NCBI GenBank assembly: GCA_015163815.1
Contig: JAAOIJ010000120.1
Coordinates: forward strand, 1 to 48,807
Length of the DNA: 48,807 bases
Source: Endozoicomonadaceae bacterium
GTDB taxonomy: Bacteria > Pseudomonadota > Gammaproteobacteria > Pseudomonadales > Endozoicomonadaceae
Direction: 5' to 3'
Shown here: positions 1-10,378 of the stretch, one piece after another
Layout: the number at the start of each line of letters is the position of its first letter
Position numbering within the stretch: position 1 is the first letter of the stretch
Made by a program: the position numbers and the translations under genes
The notes under the pieces: generated by a model
Seen by the model: only the letters and a program-made list of their open reading frames with translations
The model's database searches: none
What the model was told of the DNA's origin: nothing

Positions 1-104
1 ATCTTTTTTATTAAAATAGTTTAAAAAATGAAGTAATTTATGTATTGTCTGAATAAAAAAACACATAAATTATTCATTGAACTGCTTATTGCAAAGGTCT
101 CAGA
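1..104 (+). repeat. Window-truncated copy of the ~145-bp MITE-like element that is complete at 17736-17880
   Basis: Bases 1-103 align to 17778-17880 with two mismatches (positions 49 and 62). The copy ends in the same terminus, CTTATTGCAAAGGTCTCAGA (85-104). Confidence 0.75.
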
Positions 105-250
105 ATAATACTTTGACAATAAAATATCAATTTGAGATCTTTCTTCTTCTTTTATTGATACAAAGCAGTGATATGAATGATGAGCATGTGACGGCTTTTT
201 TTGGCTATAGAACATGTCTTATTATTGAATTGCATGCTTGAGAAAGCAGT
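103..250 (-). mobile_element. Decayed IS30-family fragment (5' part of the transposase gene plus one terminus), abutted by the MITE-like copy
   Basis: Alignable but diverged versus 5806-5975 of the mini-IS at 5492-6018. It shares the peptide motif EERSQI.ILLSK (ORF 21..215) and a terminus-like TGAATTGCATGCTTGAGAAAGC versus TGTTGCACTTCACATTTGAGAAGGC. The start-codon region is deleted. Confidence 0.5.
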
Positions 251-641
251 GTTAAGCAATGGCTTATTTTTATTGTGATCAAATTTAACGATCAAATTCA
301 AGGTTATATTTAGGGGCTGAAATATAAATTGACACACTTACGTAAACGAATCAATTAGTGAAAGAAAGGCGATTAAAAGCAAGTAGACAATCTGACAGCA
401 TGCTCCTTAATTAGTTTTTTGGAAAATAGAGGCCCTGTATAGTGTTGTATTTTTTGATCAGTTCTTTTTCCTTTTTTAGGTATCTATAGAAGGTTCATGT
501 TAAAATTTTAAATTATGCAGTTGTTCAATGTAGTGTAAAGAATAATCTGAATACGATTTTTTTTGAGCAGTTTAGAACAGAGATTATGCTGACATAATAA
601 TAAACATCCGATACGGAAATATAGGCAAACTTGATGATAAA

Positions 642-2639
642 TTAAATGGATTGAATGAACTCTTTTTTTAAAAATTGAATTTGATCTCTAATTTTAGAAG
701 CTTCTTCAAATTCTAAATTGCTGGCATGGGTTAGCATTTTCTTATCTAATGTTTTTATTAATTTGGCTAATTTTTTAGGATCTTTCATAATTTCTAGGTC
801 ATCAGATGATAGATTTTTTTTGTTTTTGCTGACAAATGAATTATCTTGTAATGCATTGATAATTTGTTTGGAAATACCTTTAGGTGTAATGTTATTTTTT
901 TGATTATACTCCATTTGTTTTTTACGACGTCTTTCTGTTTCAGTAATTGATTTTTCCATTGATGAGGTCATGCGATCAGCATATAAAATAGCTTTACCAT
1001 TTAAATTTCGAGCTGCTCTACCAATTGTTTGAATTAATGAGCGTTCTCCGCGTAAAAAACCTTCTTTATCTGCATCAAAAATAGCCACTAATGAGACTTC
1101 CGGAATGTCTAATCCTTCTCGTAATAAATTAATACCAATCAGTACATCAAAAAGGCCTAATCTTAAATTTTTTATAATTTCAATGCGTTCTATTGTGTCA
1201 ATATCTGCATGTAAATAACGCACTTTAATGCCTTGTTCTTGAAGGTATTCTGCTAAATTTTCAGACATTTTTTTCGTTAAAACAGTCACTAGTACTCTTT
1301 CATTTTTTGTTATTTTTAGTTTCACTTCACTCAGTAAGTCATCAACTTGAGAAACCGCAGGACGGATTTCAATTTCAGGATCTAGTAATCCAGTTGGACG
1401 AATAATTTGTTCAACTTTTTGTTCTTGATTCTGTAATTCATAAGGACCTGGTGTTGCTGAAATAAAAATAGTTTGCGGTCTAATGCTTTCCCATTCTGAA
1501 AATTGAAGTGGACGATTATCTAAAGCTGAAGGTAAACGAAATCCAAATTGAACTAAATTTTCTTTTCTAGCTCTATCTCCTTTGTACATGGCGCCTAATT
1601 GTGGAATCGTGACATGTGATTCATCTACAATCAGTAATGCGTTATCAGGCAGGTAATCAAATAAGGTAGGTGGTGGAGATCCTGCAGGTCGCCCTGATAA
1701 ATAACGAGAATAATTTTCAATCCCTGTGCAATAGCCTAATTCTTGAATCATTTCTAAATCTAGTTTAGTTCTTTGTTCTAAGCGTTGCGCTTCGATTAAT
1801 TTATTTTGTTCATTTAATTTCAGTAGTTCTTGTTTGAGTTCAATTTTTATATGATCTATCATTTTTATTAAAGTATCTTTTGGAGTTACATAATGTGTTT
1901 TAGGATAGATTGTAACACGAGACATGATTTCAATGATACGACCTGTGAGTGGATCAAATCGACTAATTTTTTCTACTTCGTCTGCAAATAATTCAATACG
2001 AACTGCTTCATGATCCATGTCAGCTGGGAAAATATCAATCACTTCTCCTCTGACGCGATAAGTTGATCGTATAAAATCTAAATCGTTGCGTGTATACTGC
2101 ATGTGTGTGAGCTTTTTTAAAATAACACTGCGATCTATGATGTCACCACAATTGACATGCAATACCATTTTTAAATAAGATTCTGGACTACCTAGGCCAT
2201 AAATAGCTGAAACAGTTGCAATAATAATCGTATCTTGTCTTTCTAAAAGAGATTTTGTTGCAGATAAACGCATTTGTTCAATATGCTCATTAATAGACGA
2301 GTCTTTTTCTATATAAGTATCGGAAGCAGGGACGTAAGCTTCTGGTTGATAGTAATCATAATACGATACAAAATATCTGACTGCGTTATGTGGAAAAAAA
2401 GCTTGAAATTCTCCATAAAGTTGTGCAGCCAGTGTTTTATTAGGAGCCAAAATTAAAGCGGGTCGATTCAGTTGATGAATTGTTTGTGCGATGGTAAAAG
2501 TTTTACCTGAACCGGTGACTCCTAATAATGTTTGATTGTGTAAGTTTTTTTGAATACCTTTGATTAATTGTTGAATGGCATTCGGTTGATCGCCTGCAGG
2601 TTTAAAGGTTGAACATAGTTTAAAAGATTTTATCATCAT
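642..2639 (-). CDS. uvrB: Excinuclease ABC subunit B (UvrB)
   Basis: 665-aa ORF with Walker A GVTGSGKT, a DESH helicase box and a C-terminal UVR motif ([16 protein letters not shown]). Full-length and collinear with UvrB as remembered. Confidence 0.95.
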   Translation of the reverse strand: MMIKSFKLCSTFKPAGDQPNAIQQLIKGIQKNLHNQTLLGVTGSGKTFTIAQTIHQLNRPALILAPNKTLAAQLYGEFQAFFPHNAVRYFVSYYDYYQPEAYVPASDTYIEKDSSINEHIEQMRLSATKSLLERQDTIIIATVSAIYGLGSPESYLKMVLHVNCGDIIDRSVILKKLTHMQYTRNDLDFIRSTYRVRGEVIDIFPADMDHEAVRIELFADEVEKISRFDPLTGRIIEIMSRVTIYPKTHYVTPKDTLIKMIDHIKIELKQELLKLNEQNKLIEAQRLEQRTKLDLEMIQELGYCTGIENYSRYLSGRPAGSPPPTLFDYLPDNALLIVDESHVTIPQLGAMYKGDRARKENLVQFGFRLPSALDNRPLQFSEWESIRPQTIFISATPGPYELQNQEQKVEQIIRPTGLLDPEIEIRPAVSQVDDLLSEVKLKITKNERVLVTVLTKKMSENLAEYLQEQGIKVRYLHADIDTIERIEIIKNLRLGLFDVLIGINLLREGLDIPEVSLVAIFDADKEGFLRGERSLIQTIGRAARNLNGKAILYADRMTSSMEKSITETERRRKKQMEYNQKNNITPKGISKQIINALQDNSFVSKNKKNLSSDDLEIMKDPKKLAKLIKTLDKKMLTHASNLEFEEASKIRDQIQFLKKEFIQSI

Positions 2640-2711
2640 ATCGTCCAGATCGTATAGTCTTAATCTGAAATCTATTTAAAAAACAGGGTAAGACCAGTTC
2701 TATTTTTTTAT

Positions 2712-3890
2712 TTAGAGTATGAGTGTGGCTGTTAATCGTTTGAGTGCTTCTGTTAGCTCTGAATCATGTAAGGCATAAGATAAGCGTAAGTAACCTGGTG
2801 AGCCAAAAGCGCTACCGGGTACAACTGCAATGCCAGCCGTTAATAGTTTTTGTGCAAGCTCTAGATCTGAGCCCAGCGCTTGATTTTTTAAAATTTGATT
2901 AATACAAGGAAAAGCATAAAAAGTGCCTTGACTAGGTAATATATGGACACCTGCAATATTATTTAATTGCTCAAAAACAAAATCATGTCTTTTTTTAAAT
3001 GTTTGAACCATATTAGGAATTAAATCATGTGCTTTCATTAAAGCCGCTTCTGCTGCAGCTTGTGCGATAGAACAAGGATTAGATGTGCTGTGACCTTGGA
3101 TTGCTGTCATGCCTGAAATAATCCACTCAGGGCCGGCCGAAAATCCAATTCGCCAACCTGTCATTGCAAATGCCTTAGATACACCATTAATAATGACTGT
3201 TTGTGATTTTAATTCAGGGCAAGCATTGATAATATTGCTGAACGGTTCTTTGCCCCAATAAATATATTCATAAATTTCGTCACTGATAATGATAATATTA
3301 GGATGTTTTTTGAGGACTGCTGCTAAAGCTTGCCATTCAGTTTTTGTGTAGGTCATTCCGCTTGGATTAGAGGGGCTATTGAAAATAATCACTTTTGTTT
3401 TATCCGTAATCATTTGTTCTAATTTTTGAGGTGTGATTTTAAATGAATTTTCCCATGTTGTTTCAATAAAAACAGGTGTTCCACTCGCTAATAGAACCAT
3501 ATCAGGGTATGAAACCCAGTATGGTGCGGGAATTAAAACTTCATCTCCTGTATTGATGACAGCTTGTAATAAAGAGTAAATAGCTTGTTTAGCTCCGGTA
3601 GAGGCTAATACTTCTTGTTTCGTGTAAGTTAAGTGATTATATTTTTTAAATTTTTCAATAATGGCTTGTTTTAATTCTACTGTACCGCTGACAGGTGTAT
3701 ATTTTGTTTGATTTTGTTGAATCGCTTGAATAGCATATTCAGACGCAGCTAGTGGTGTCTGAAAATCTGGTTCCCCGACACCCATATTAATAATATTTTT
3801 ACCTTGCCGTTTTAATTCAGTCGTTTGAGCACTAATGGCTAATGTAGGAGATGGTTGAACTTTTTTAAGACGATCAGCAAGGCATAACAT
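2712..3890 (-). CDS. Class I PLP-dependent (aspartate-type) aminotransferase
   Basis: Motifs GEPDF, NSPSNPSG, SKAFAMTGWRIG (PLP lysine) and LRLSYA. The start is placed at ATG 3890, which has AGGA about 9 nt upstream. The ORF track extends to 3914, but that start has no RBS. Confidence 0.85.
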   Translation of the reverse strand: MLCLADRLKKVQPSPTLAISAQTTELKRQGKNIINMGVGEPDFQTPLAASEYAIQAIQQNQTKYTPVSGTVELKQAIIEKFKKYNHLTYTKQEVLASTGAKQAIYSLLQAVINTGDEVLIPAPYWVSYPDMVLLASGTPVFIETTWENSFKITPQKLEQMITDKTKVIIFNSPSNPSGMTYTKTEWQALAAVLKKHPNIIIISDEIYEYIYWGKEPFSNIINACPELKSQTVIINGVSKAFAMTGWRIGFSAGPEWIISGMTAIQGHSTSNPCSIAQAAAEAALMKAHDLIPNMVQTFKKRHDFVFEQLNNIAGVHILPSQGTFYAFPCINQILKNQALGSDLELAQKLLTAGIAVVPGSAFGSPGYLRLSYALHDSELTEALKRLTATLIL

Positions 3891-4026
3891 ATGAGTGGAT
3901 CCTGTGGCAATCATAGGTGTTTTTTTAATTATACACTGATTCTATCTATTTCTAGTAATAAAATGTAGACAAGCTATCTGATCCCTGTGCAATAAGAGAA
4001 TATCTTTTAAATACTTTTTGTTTTTC

Positions 4027-4066
4027 AAAAAAAAGAGGAAATGAGTTGTCTTTCCTCCTATTTTTT
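4027..4066. terminator. Bidirectional rho-independent terminator-like hairpin
   Basis: GAGGAAA (4035-4041) pairs with TTTCCTC (4051-4057). An A8 run lies on the left (T8 on the minus strand) and TTTTTT on the right. It sits between the minus-strand 4612-5370 gene/IS debris and the aminotransferase gene. Confidence 0.5.
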
Positions 4067-4395
4067 CAAGATTTCATTTAAATTTAGATTAATAAAAAAT
4101 CATCAAGCTTCAGCGTCTTTTTATATGAATTATGCTGTTTTATTGAAACGATCTTATTCTAGGGTGTCTCCTCAATCTATAAATGATTTTCAGATTGAGG
4201 GCGCGCCCTAAAAAAATGGAGTTCTGATTAAATTTCAGGGCGATTGAAGTGAGGCAATAGATAGATTAGGCATGAAATAATTGATCACAATTTTAAGACA
4301 AAAAAAAGCATGAGGGCTTTGGACGTTATTTACGATGATTGCTTGCTTGATTTTTTTCATCTCAATATCTATGATTCCGTCATTTAAACTGTTTT

Positions 4396-4616
4396 TTTAA
4401 AAAAATTGATTTAGTCAGGATTGACTCATTCAGCAAATGATGCCTTTTCAAGTATTGGTAAGTCATGTAAACCTCCTTCTTTTGTTGAGATAAAGAAGGA
4501 GTACGAATGATTAGCATTTGACTGCTTTTTTTAACTATAGAAAATGCCTTACTGTTGCACTTTACACTTGAGAAGGCAAAATTTAAAAAAATTGCATTCT
4601 TCAGGATCGACTCATT
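4396..4616 (-). mobile_element. Solo end of an IS30-family element (transposase start region plus terminus), flanked by a duplicated ~35-bp outer motif
   Basis: 4448-4575 aligns with 5855-5985 of the mini-IS: ATG region at 4464-4466, then CTCCTTCTTTTGTTGA..., AGCATTTGACTGC and TGTTGCACTT. The outer motif TTTAAAAAAATTG-N9-CAGGATyGACTCATT occurs at 4396-4430 and 4582-4616, and a related version lies inverted at 5492-5528. Confidence 0.55.
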
Positions 4617-5370
4617 GTATTAAGGCAGACATAGGAATAGGAAGACATGATAAGCTCAATCCTGATGATTGATTCTGATCTTGATTACGACGACATCCAA
4701 ATTTCTTGATATAAATCCCTTGCTTTATCTCTAAAATATATTCTTGAACATTATTTTTTTTAGCCAATAAATGTATCAAGATGTCTTGATAAAAATAAGT
4801 CAATGGTATGGTTTCAAGGTTAATGCTTGCGATATTTTGTTCTATTTTTGAAAGTAAACTTGCTTTGTATGAATCAAAGTCTTGAAATTGTTGAGAGGCT
4901 ACAATAAAAAACTCAAGTAAAGCTATTCGATATAAAATGCTAGGCAATTCATAAAAGTCTCTCACTGTTAAAGCTGAATTAACAAGTATATGTTGCGATT
5001 GATTATTTGACACTTTTTTGTTACGTCTCACCTCATCTGCATGAGATAGTAGTAATTGATATAAAACGATATTAAAATATTGTTCTGCAGATGAGAGCGA
5101 GGTAATTAACTTAGGATTTTGATTTGGAAATTGAGTTTTCACTTGCTCTCTGATTTTCTGTTGAATTTTAGGATATTCTTCAGATATTTTTTGAGCGATT
5201 AAATGTCGTTTAGAAAAAATTTTTTGACCACCTATCGCATTAATAATAGGCCGGAATCTTTTGAAATTTCTTTCAAGATCTATATTAGCAGAAGGTATAG
5301 GTGTAGCTGTAGCGATTAAAGATGAACAAATCAAAACGAAAAATATAAAAATAGTATAATTTCTAATCAT
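4612..5370 (-). CDS. Hypothetical exported protein (orphan)
   Basis: Signal-peptide-like N-terminus MIRNYTIFIFFVLICSSLIATA. GGAG lies 6 nt upstream of ATG 5370; the ORF track starts 4 codons earlier at 5382. No family recognised. The gene is bracketed by IS30 remnants. Confidence 0.5.
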   Translation of the reverse strand: MIRNYTIFIFFVLICSSLIATATPIPSANIDLERNFKRFRPIINAIGGQKIFSKRHLIAQKISEEYPKIQQKIREQVKTQFPNQNPKLITSLSSAEQYFNIVLYQLLLSHADEVRRNKKVSNNQSQHILVNSALTVRDFYELPSILYRIALLEFFIVASQQFQDFDSYKASLLSKIEQNIASINLETIPLTYFYQDILIHLLAKKNNVQEYILEIKQGIYIKKFGCRRNQDQNQSSGLSLSCLPIPMSALIQ

Positions 5371-5491
5371 TTGGTTCTCCATTAAAGTAGAATTTTTTGA
5401 TTTAAATTCATCTTATTTGATACTATGAAAGTAACACGAGGCAATATTATCTTTTTATTATTATAGTTGGAATCCTGGTTTTTTCAATATA

Positions 5492-6018
5492 GAGTCGATT
5501 ATTAATAAATCAATTTTTTTAAATTTGGCCCATTCATCCATGAAGTGCAACACCTAAAGGTTTTTCTATTCCTCGCATAACTTCGTTAGGTGTTCGATAG
5601 TTTAACACTTTTCTAGGTCTATTATTGAGTGTTTTTTGAATTGCTAAAACCTCATCATTTTCTATGCCTATAAACTCTGTTTTCTTTGGAAGATATTTAC
5701 GAGAGAATCCATTGGTATGCTCATTTAAACCTCTTTCCAAAGAAGCATAAGGTGTAGCAAAATAACATTGTATTTTCAATGCGATTTCTATAGCATGAAT
5801 AGAATAATGCTTTGACAATAAGATGTAAATTTGAGATCTTTCTTCTGCATTCAAGTGTTGATAAGCCATGTCATTCTCCTTCTTTTGTTGATAAAAAGAA
5901 GTTACACGAATTATTAGCATTTGACTGCTTTTTTTTGTCTATAGACAATGCCTTACTGTTGCACTTCACATTTGAGAAGGCATTTTTTTAATAAAAAATA
6001 TAACCTAAGGATTCGATT
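5492..6018 (-). mobile_element. Miniaturised IS30-family element (internally deleted, non-autonomous)
   Basis: Inverted core repeats TGAAGTGCAACA (5541-5552) and TGTTGCACTTCA (5957-5968). Outer AT-rich motifs are shared with the 4396-4616 remnant. The outer boundaries are approximate. Confidence 0.6.
5534..5869 (-). pseudogene. Truncated IS30-family transposase (HTH fused to C-terminal tail, DDE core missing)
   Basis: 111-aa frame from ATG 5869. An IS30-type N-terminus (LNAEERSQIYILLSK) joins almost directly to the family C-terminal signature LNNRPRKVLNYRTPNEV. That is far too short for a functional IS30 transposase (normally more than 300 aa). Confidence 0.65.
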
Positions 6019-6363
6019 TTTTTGTGTCACAGTGATTTCTTTTTTTATCGATTCAATACGGTGATATTGAATCATTAGATTGATGCTTTTATCCTTTGTG
6101 ATGAAAACTAATCAAAATATTGGCGATATGATCAGTCATATTCACGCAATTGAATACATTTCAGAATAAACAGGAGATACTCGATATATCAAGCAGTCTC
6201 ATTGATTCTATGAAAAAAACTTGCTAAAATTCCGTTTTTATGGCTGTTTAAAGGCATATCAGTACATCTTTTCCTATGAATCAACTTTCGAGAGTATTGA
6301 TAAAATAGCACTCATGATACTATTTTATAATATGAAATATATTTAAAAAAATTAGGATAGATA

Positions 6364-6987
6364 ATGTTTACAGGATTGGCACAAGGGACCGGCATGATTG
6401 ATGATATTGTTCGACATGCTGAATGTATGAAATTAAGCATATCTTTTCCGCCTTCTTTAATACACCATTTAGCAGTAGGAGCTTCAGTTGCAGTCAATGG
6501 ATGTTGTTTAACGGTGACGAAAATAAGCGAATGTTGCGTTCAATTTGATGTTATTAGAGAAACTTTATTAAGAACAAATTTAAATCAATTAGCCGTCCGT
6601 CAGTTGGTTAATTTAGAGCGATCAACTCGAGTTGGTGATGAGATTGGAGGACATGTCTTATCAGGTCATATTATGACAACTGTGCCTATTATGAATCGAC
6701 TCAATTATGAAAACTTTACAATTTTGACATTATATTTACCTGAAAATATTGAAAAATATTTATTTTATAAAGGATATATTGCAATTGATGGCATGAGTTT
6801 AACGGTTTCAAATTGTTTTACAGATACTTTTGAAGTTCATATAATCCCTGAGACACAATCTAAAACAATTGCTTGTCAATATGATAAAAATCAGATGGTT
6901 AATATTGAAATAGATACACATACACAGCGAATTGTTGATACAGTGATTGCGATTTTGAAAAAAAATAAAAAGCTGGGTTTTGATTGA
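6364..6987 (+). CDS. ribE: Riboflavin synthase alpha chain
   Basis: Starts with MFTGLAQGTG and has two lumazine-binding repeats (GASVAVNGCCLTV and GYIAIDGMSLTV). 207 aa. Confidence 0.9.
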   Translation: MFTGLAQGTGMIDDIVRHAECMKLSISFPPSLIHHLAVGASVAVNGCCLTVTKISECCVQFDVIRETLLRTNLNQLAVRQLVNLERSTRVGDEIGGHVLSGHIMTTVPIMNRLNYENFTILTLYLPENIEKYLFYKGYIAIDGMSLTVSNCFTDTFEVHIIPETQSKTIACQYDKNQMVNIEIDTHTQRIVDTVIAILKKNKKLGFD

Positions 6988-7146
6988 TTTTTATTGAAAA
7001 TGGATTGATAGACAGATGTTATAAATATCAATTAAATAGTTTTAATCTTCAATGTGTTATTTAGTCTGGTAAGACATTTTTTATGAGCAGAAGATACATT
7101 TTTTGATAGATTCTTGTTGTATATATTTAAAATAATAAGGGTTCTT

Positions 7147-10100
7147 ATGTTGTTTAAAAAATATTTTTACAGTGTTTCACCTATGATCGTTATAGGTTTT
7201 TTATTATGCTTGTCGATTGATGCATTTTCTAATGAATGTGACGAGTTTAAAATAGCTTGCAAACAGGGTAATATCGAACAGTTATCCTCTTTACTTACCA
7301 ATAATTCTTTATTATTTTGTGAAAAATATGATATCAATGTAGTTGAAAATGGTTCGCTTGATATTAGACAAAATAAAAAATTTGATTCTGATCAAAATGC
7401 CACATCAATAAAAGATTTAAGCTCTCATGTGGATTTCGTATTCTATTTTGGACTACATATTGCTTTTATCCATCAGCAGTGGAAGGCTGTACTATTTTTA
7501 TTACAAGGAAGCTGGTGTACCAAAGCATTTCAAACAAGCAGACAATTTAAGGATGTCATCTTATTTAAAATGAGCGATGAACGATCATTATTATTGCATT
7601 CACAGAAGATATTATATCCATTAGACGAACATGCGGCCTGTTCTTCTCAATCGTCTTCTATGATAAGGAATATCATATGCTGTTTAATCGATCGTTATAT
7701 TAAATTTTTTGATATAGATGATATATTCTTTCTGATAAAAAAGAATATCTTACAGGATGATATTCAGATCATAGGTTGTATCATGAACCATTCACAATAT
7801 TTGATAGAATGCAAACAACAACTAGCATTGTTTTTATCTTTCGCTATCAAATATGCAAAATATAACATGGCTGTATCGCTATGTCATCAATTGATACAGG
7901 TTGTGATAAAAAATCCATGGGATGATAAAGCGTATTCTCTGTTGTATGACATAAAAAAACACCTGAAAAATATTCCTCAAAAGGTGATTTGTATAAACAA
8001 AGACACCATGAAGGTAGAGCAAAATGCTTTGGAGATATTGAGGTTATTCTTGAAAACGATGAAAAATATTGTGATACCTGAGTCTTGCAAGGAAAATGAT
8101 AGTCAGTCTGTCCTTTATTTTATATCCAATGTATCTGTGCTCTCTGATCAGTTTTCAATGTATTGCCAAACAGGTGATGTGAACAACGTTATAGCATCTG
8201 TTTGGGAATACCCTGGTTATTTATATATGAAAAATAAGGAAGGATTGTGTGCGATAGATATCGCAATGCAATCTAATCAAATGGATGTTGTTGAGTTGTT
8301 AATAAATAGAGATAAATTAATGCATTTTTATCCTCAAGCGTCTCAACAGATTATAAGCAATATGGTGTTATTTCAATATGTTAAATATATGACTATCATG
8401 GATGAAAGAGAGATCAATAAAGAGGATTCTTTGTTTCAATCTATTGTGGCACAATTATACTGTCTGTATTCAGAACACGATAGTCCTATCGATTTTTTTA
8501 TTAACTTATTGGTATTATATCCGATAATACATGAAAAAATATTGATGCATCTGTTGCAGCATGACCCTTGTCATCTAGTTTCACCTATTATTATGAAAAA
8601 AATCATGTTTCTGATTAAATTATTTCATGATACGCTCACTAATGATGATCTGCCTATACAAGATCAATTCATATGTTATGAACAAGATGATCAATTGCTT
8701 GAGTTTTTTAAAAAAATAACTAACTTTGTATGTATATACAATAAATTAAAAAATTATTCTTTATTTTATAAAGAAATATGCCAGTATATAATAAATATAG
8801 AGAATAATGATTTCGATTTCCAGTCAAAAAGAAAAATGTTGCTTGTGACATTATCTGCAGCATATAAAACAGGTGATATCAACATGATTTACTCGATATT
8901 GCTTGCTCATCCTTTATTATTTTTTTATGTATATGAAGTAACACCTATTAGTTCGACATCAAAAATGAGCAGTCCTTTATTAGGAGTACAGCTTGCTGCG
9001 CAAAATGATCAATGGGAATTGGTGTCTTATTTATTGCAAAAATCACGCACGTTTTATGGAAAGCAACACTACTTAAAATATTTACACTATTTAAATAAAA
9101 ATTTTGGAGATGATAATGCTTCGTTAATAGCGAAAGCGTTTTTTAAATTGATGAAAAGTAATGAAAAATATAATTATGTTGATCGGTTATATCATATTAT
9201 TTATGTATTAATTAACTTCGGTGTTGATATAAAAAACATGAAATTATATGATGTTTTTACTAACAATCGTGCTATCAAGCTGAATTTCTATAGTAGGCTA
9301 AAAACACACATAGCAACTGGCACTATTGACAGTATTGACAATTTCAGTGTATTACCTGTATTTCATGCTGTTATGGAGAAAGCATATAGTATTGCATTAG
9401 ACATGCTAAAAAATATAAAAACACACATACCTGAAGAATGCTTTATTAGTTGGCTTAAAAAAGTATTAAGAGAGAAGGATAATAGCAGGAAAACAATGTT
9501 GATGTATCTATGTGAAGAAGCAAAAAAAAATAAAGAATGCAAGCAATTATTAGATTATTTATTCAATATTATTCAGCATAATAGGACTATTCTGTATGCA
9601 GATTCAGAACCATATAGTATTTTAGGTTGTTTGAGTCAGTATGTTGATATCATTGCTTCTTATACTGAGAAAGATCAGTATGCAGAACATTTTTTTATCA
9701 AATGGATTTTCCCTGAAAACATGATTGATTCAAAATGTACTCAACAATTAAAAAACTGTATTGACTTATGGATTAGTGCATGGAAAATACAAAATAAACA
9801 ACTAGAATATCAATTATTATGCTATAACTTGCAATTATTGATCAAATTATTCAACTGTACCCTAACTTGTGATGAGATAGAGTTTGAAATAAAACACAAA
9901 AATCTTGCTTTTTTTTGCATCGTCATGAAATATCCTGCTTTATACCAGAAATTGAAAATCATACAGACTTTGCCGTGTGAAGACCGTTGTCTGTATGTGT
10001 CTAATATATCCTCTAACATAACAACTAAAAACAACGATAAAGCTGTTAGATTTTTTTTTGAGATACCAATCAAGGAGTGGCATTCTGATGTTGTAGATAT

Positions 10101-10197
10101 TATTAATTTTCATCATTTTTCAAATGAAAAAAAATCTAATATTCAATCATTTAACCGGTTTTTCTGTCAACACTTAAAGATTGATTTGTGTTTGTAG
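7147..10197 (+). CDS. Large orphan protein with signal peptide and ankyrin-like repeat modules (effector-like)
   Basis: ATG 7147 is preceded by AAGGG; the ORF track uses a TTG at 7114. N-terminus MLFKKYFYSVSPMIVIGFLLCLSIDAFS. Ankyrin-like segments include KNKEGLCAIDIAMQSNQMDVVELLINR and SPLLGVQLAAQNDQWELVSYLLQKS. Three module starts resemble each other (CKQGNIEQL, CQTGDVNNV, AYKTGDINM), and the motif LIKLF(H/N).TLT.D(D/E) occurs twice. Confidence 0.6.
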   Translation: MLFKKYFYSVSPMIVIGFLLCLSIDAFSNECDEFKIACKQGNIEQLSSLLTNNSLLFCEKYDINVVENGSLDIRQNKKFDSDQNATSIKDLSSHVDFVFYFGLHIAFIHQQWKAVLFLLQGSWCTKAFQTSRQFKDVILFKMSDERSLLLHSQKILYPLDEHAACSSQSSSMIRNIICCLIDRYIKFFDIDDIFFLIKKNILQDDIQIIGCIMNHSQYLIECKQQLALFLSFAIKYAKYNMAVSLCHQLIQVVIKNPWDDKAYSLLYDIKKHLKNIPQKVICINKDTMKVEQNALEILRLFLKTMKNIVIPESCKENDSQSVLYFISNVSVLSDQFSMYCQTGDVNNVIASVWEYPGYLYMKNKEGLCAIDIAMQSNQMDVVELLINRDKLMHFYPQASQQIISNMVLFQYVKYMTIMDEREINKEDSLFQSIVAQLYCLYSEHDSPIDFFINLLVLYPIIHEKILMHLLQHDPCHLVSPIIMKKIMFLIKLFHDTLTNDDLPIQDQFICYEQDDQLLEFFKKITNFVCIYNKLKNYSLFYKEICQYIINIENNDFDFQSKRKMLLVTLSAAYKTGDINMIYSILLAHPLLFFYVYEVTPISSTSKMSSPLLGVQLAAQNDQWELVSYLLQKSRTFYGKQHYLKYLHYLNKNFGDDNASLIAKAFFKLMKSNEKYNYVDRLYHIIYVLINFGVDIKNMKLYDVFTNNRAIKLNFYSRLKTHIATGTIDSIDNFSVLPVFHAVMEKAYSIALDMLKNIKTHIPEECFISWLKKVLREKDNSRKTMLMYLCEEAKKNKECKQLLDYLFNIIQHNRTILYADSEPYSILGCLSQYVDIIASYTEKDQYAEHFFIKWIFPENMIDSKCTQQLKNCIDLWISAWKIQNKQLEYQLLCYNLQLLIKLFNCTLTCDEIEFEIKHKNLAFFCIVMKYPALYQKLKIIQTLPCEDRCLYVSNISSNITTKNNDKAVRFFFEIPIKEWHSDVVDIINFHHFSNEKKSNIQSFNRFFCQHLKIDLCL

Positions 10198-10378
10198 AAA
10201 GCCTCTTTCTGCTGCATTAGATCGTAACAAGATGAGCATCAACAATTATCTAATCAGTATTATGAATGACATGGATTAGAATAGACTGATCAAAAAGATA
10301 TCAAATGGTTAGCCTGTTATCAATAGATATTATATAGAATATGCATTGAAATAAGACAGTATTTTCGATAATAAGTTA

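Noticed and set aside
152-337. ORFs 21..215 and 152..337 (-) at the left edge
   Set aside because: They read across the MITE copy, the IS30 debris and flanking non-coding DNA. The only meaningful segment (EERSQIDILLSK) is a transposase remnant and is annotated as such.
478-505. dif-like sequence (AGGTATCTATAGAAGGTTCATGTTAAAA) downstream of uvrB
   Set aside because: Only the XerD-arm half (TCATGTTAAAA versus TTATGTTAAAT) matches. The XerC arm and the 6-nt spacer geometry do not fit.
6000-6363. Possible FMN riboswitch upstream of ribE
   Set aside because: I could not find the conserved RFN core segments or its multi-stem GC-rich structure. The region is plain AT-rich DNA next to the mini-IS.
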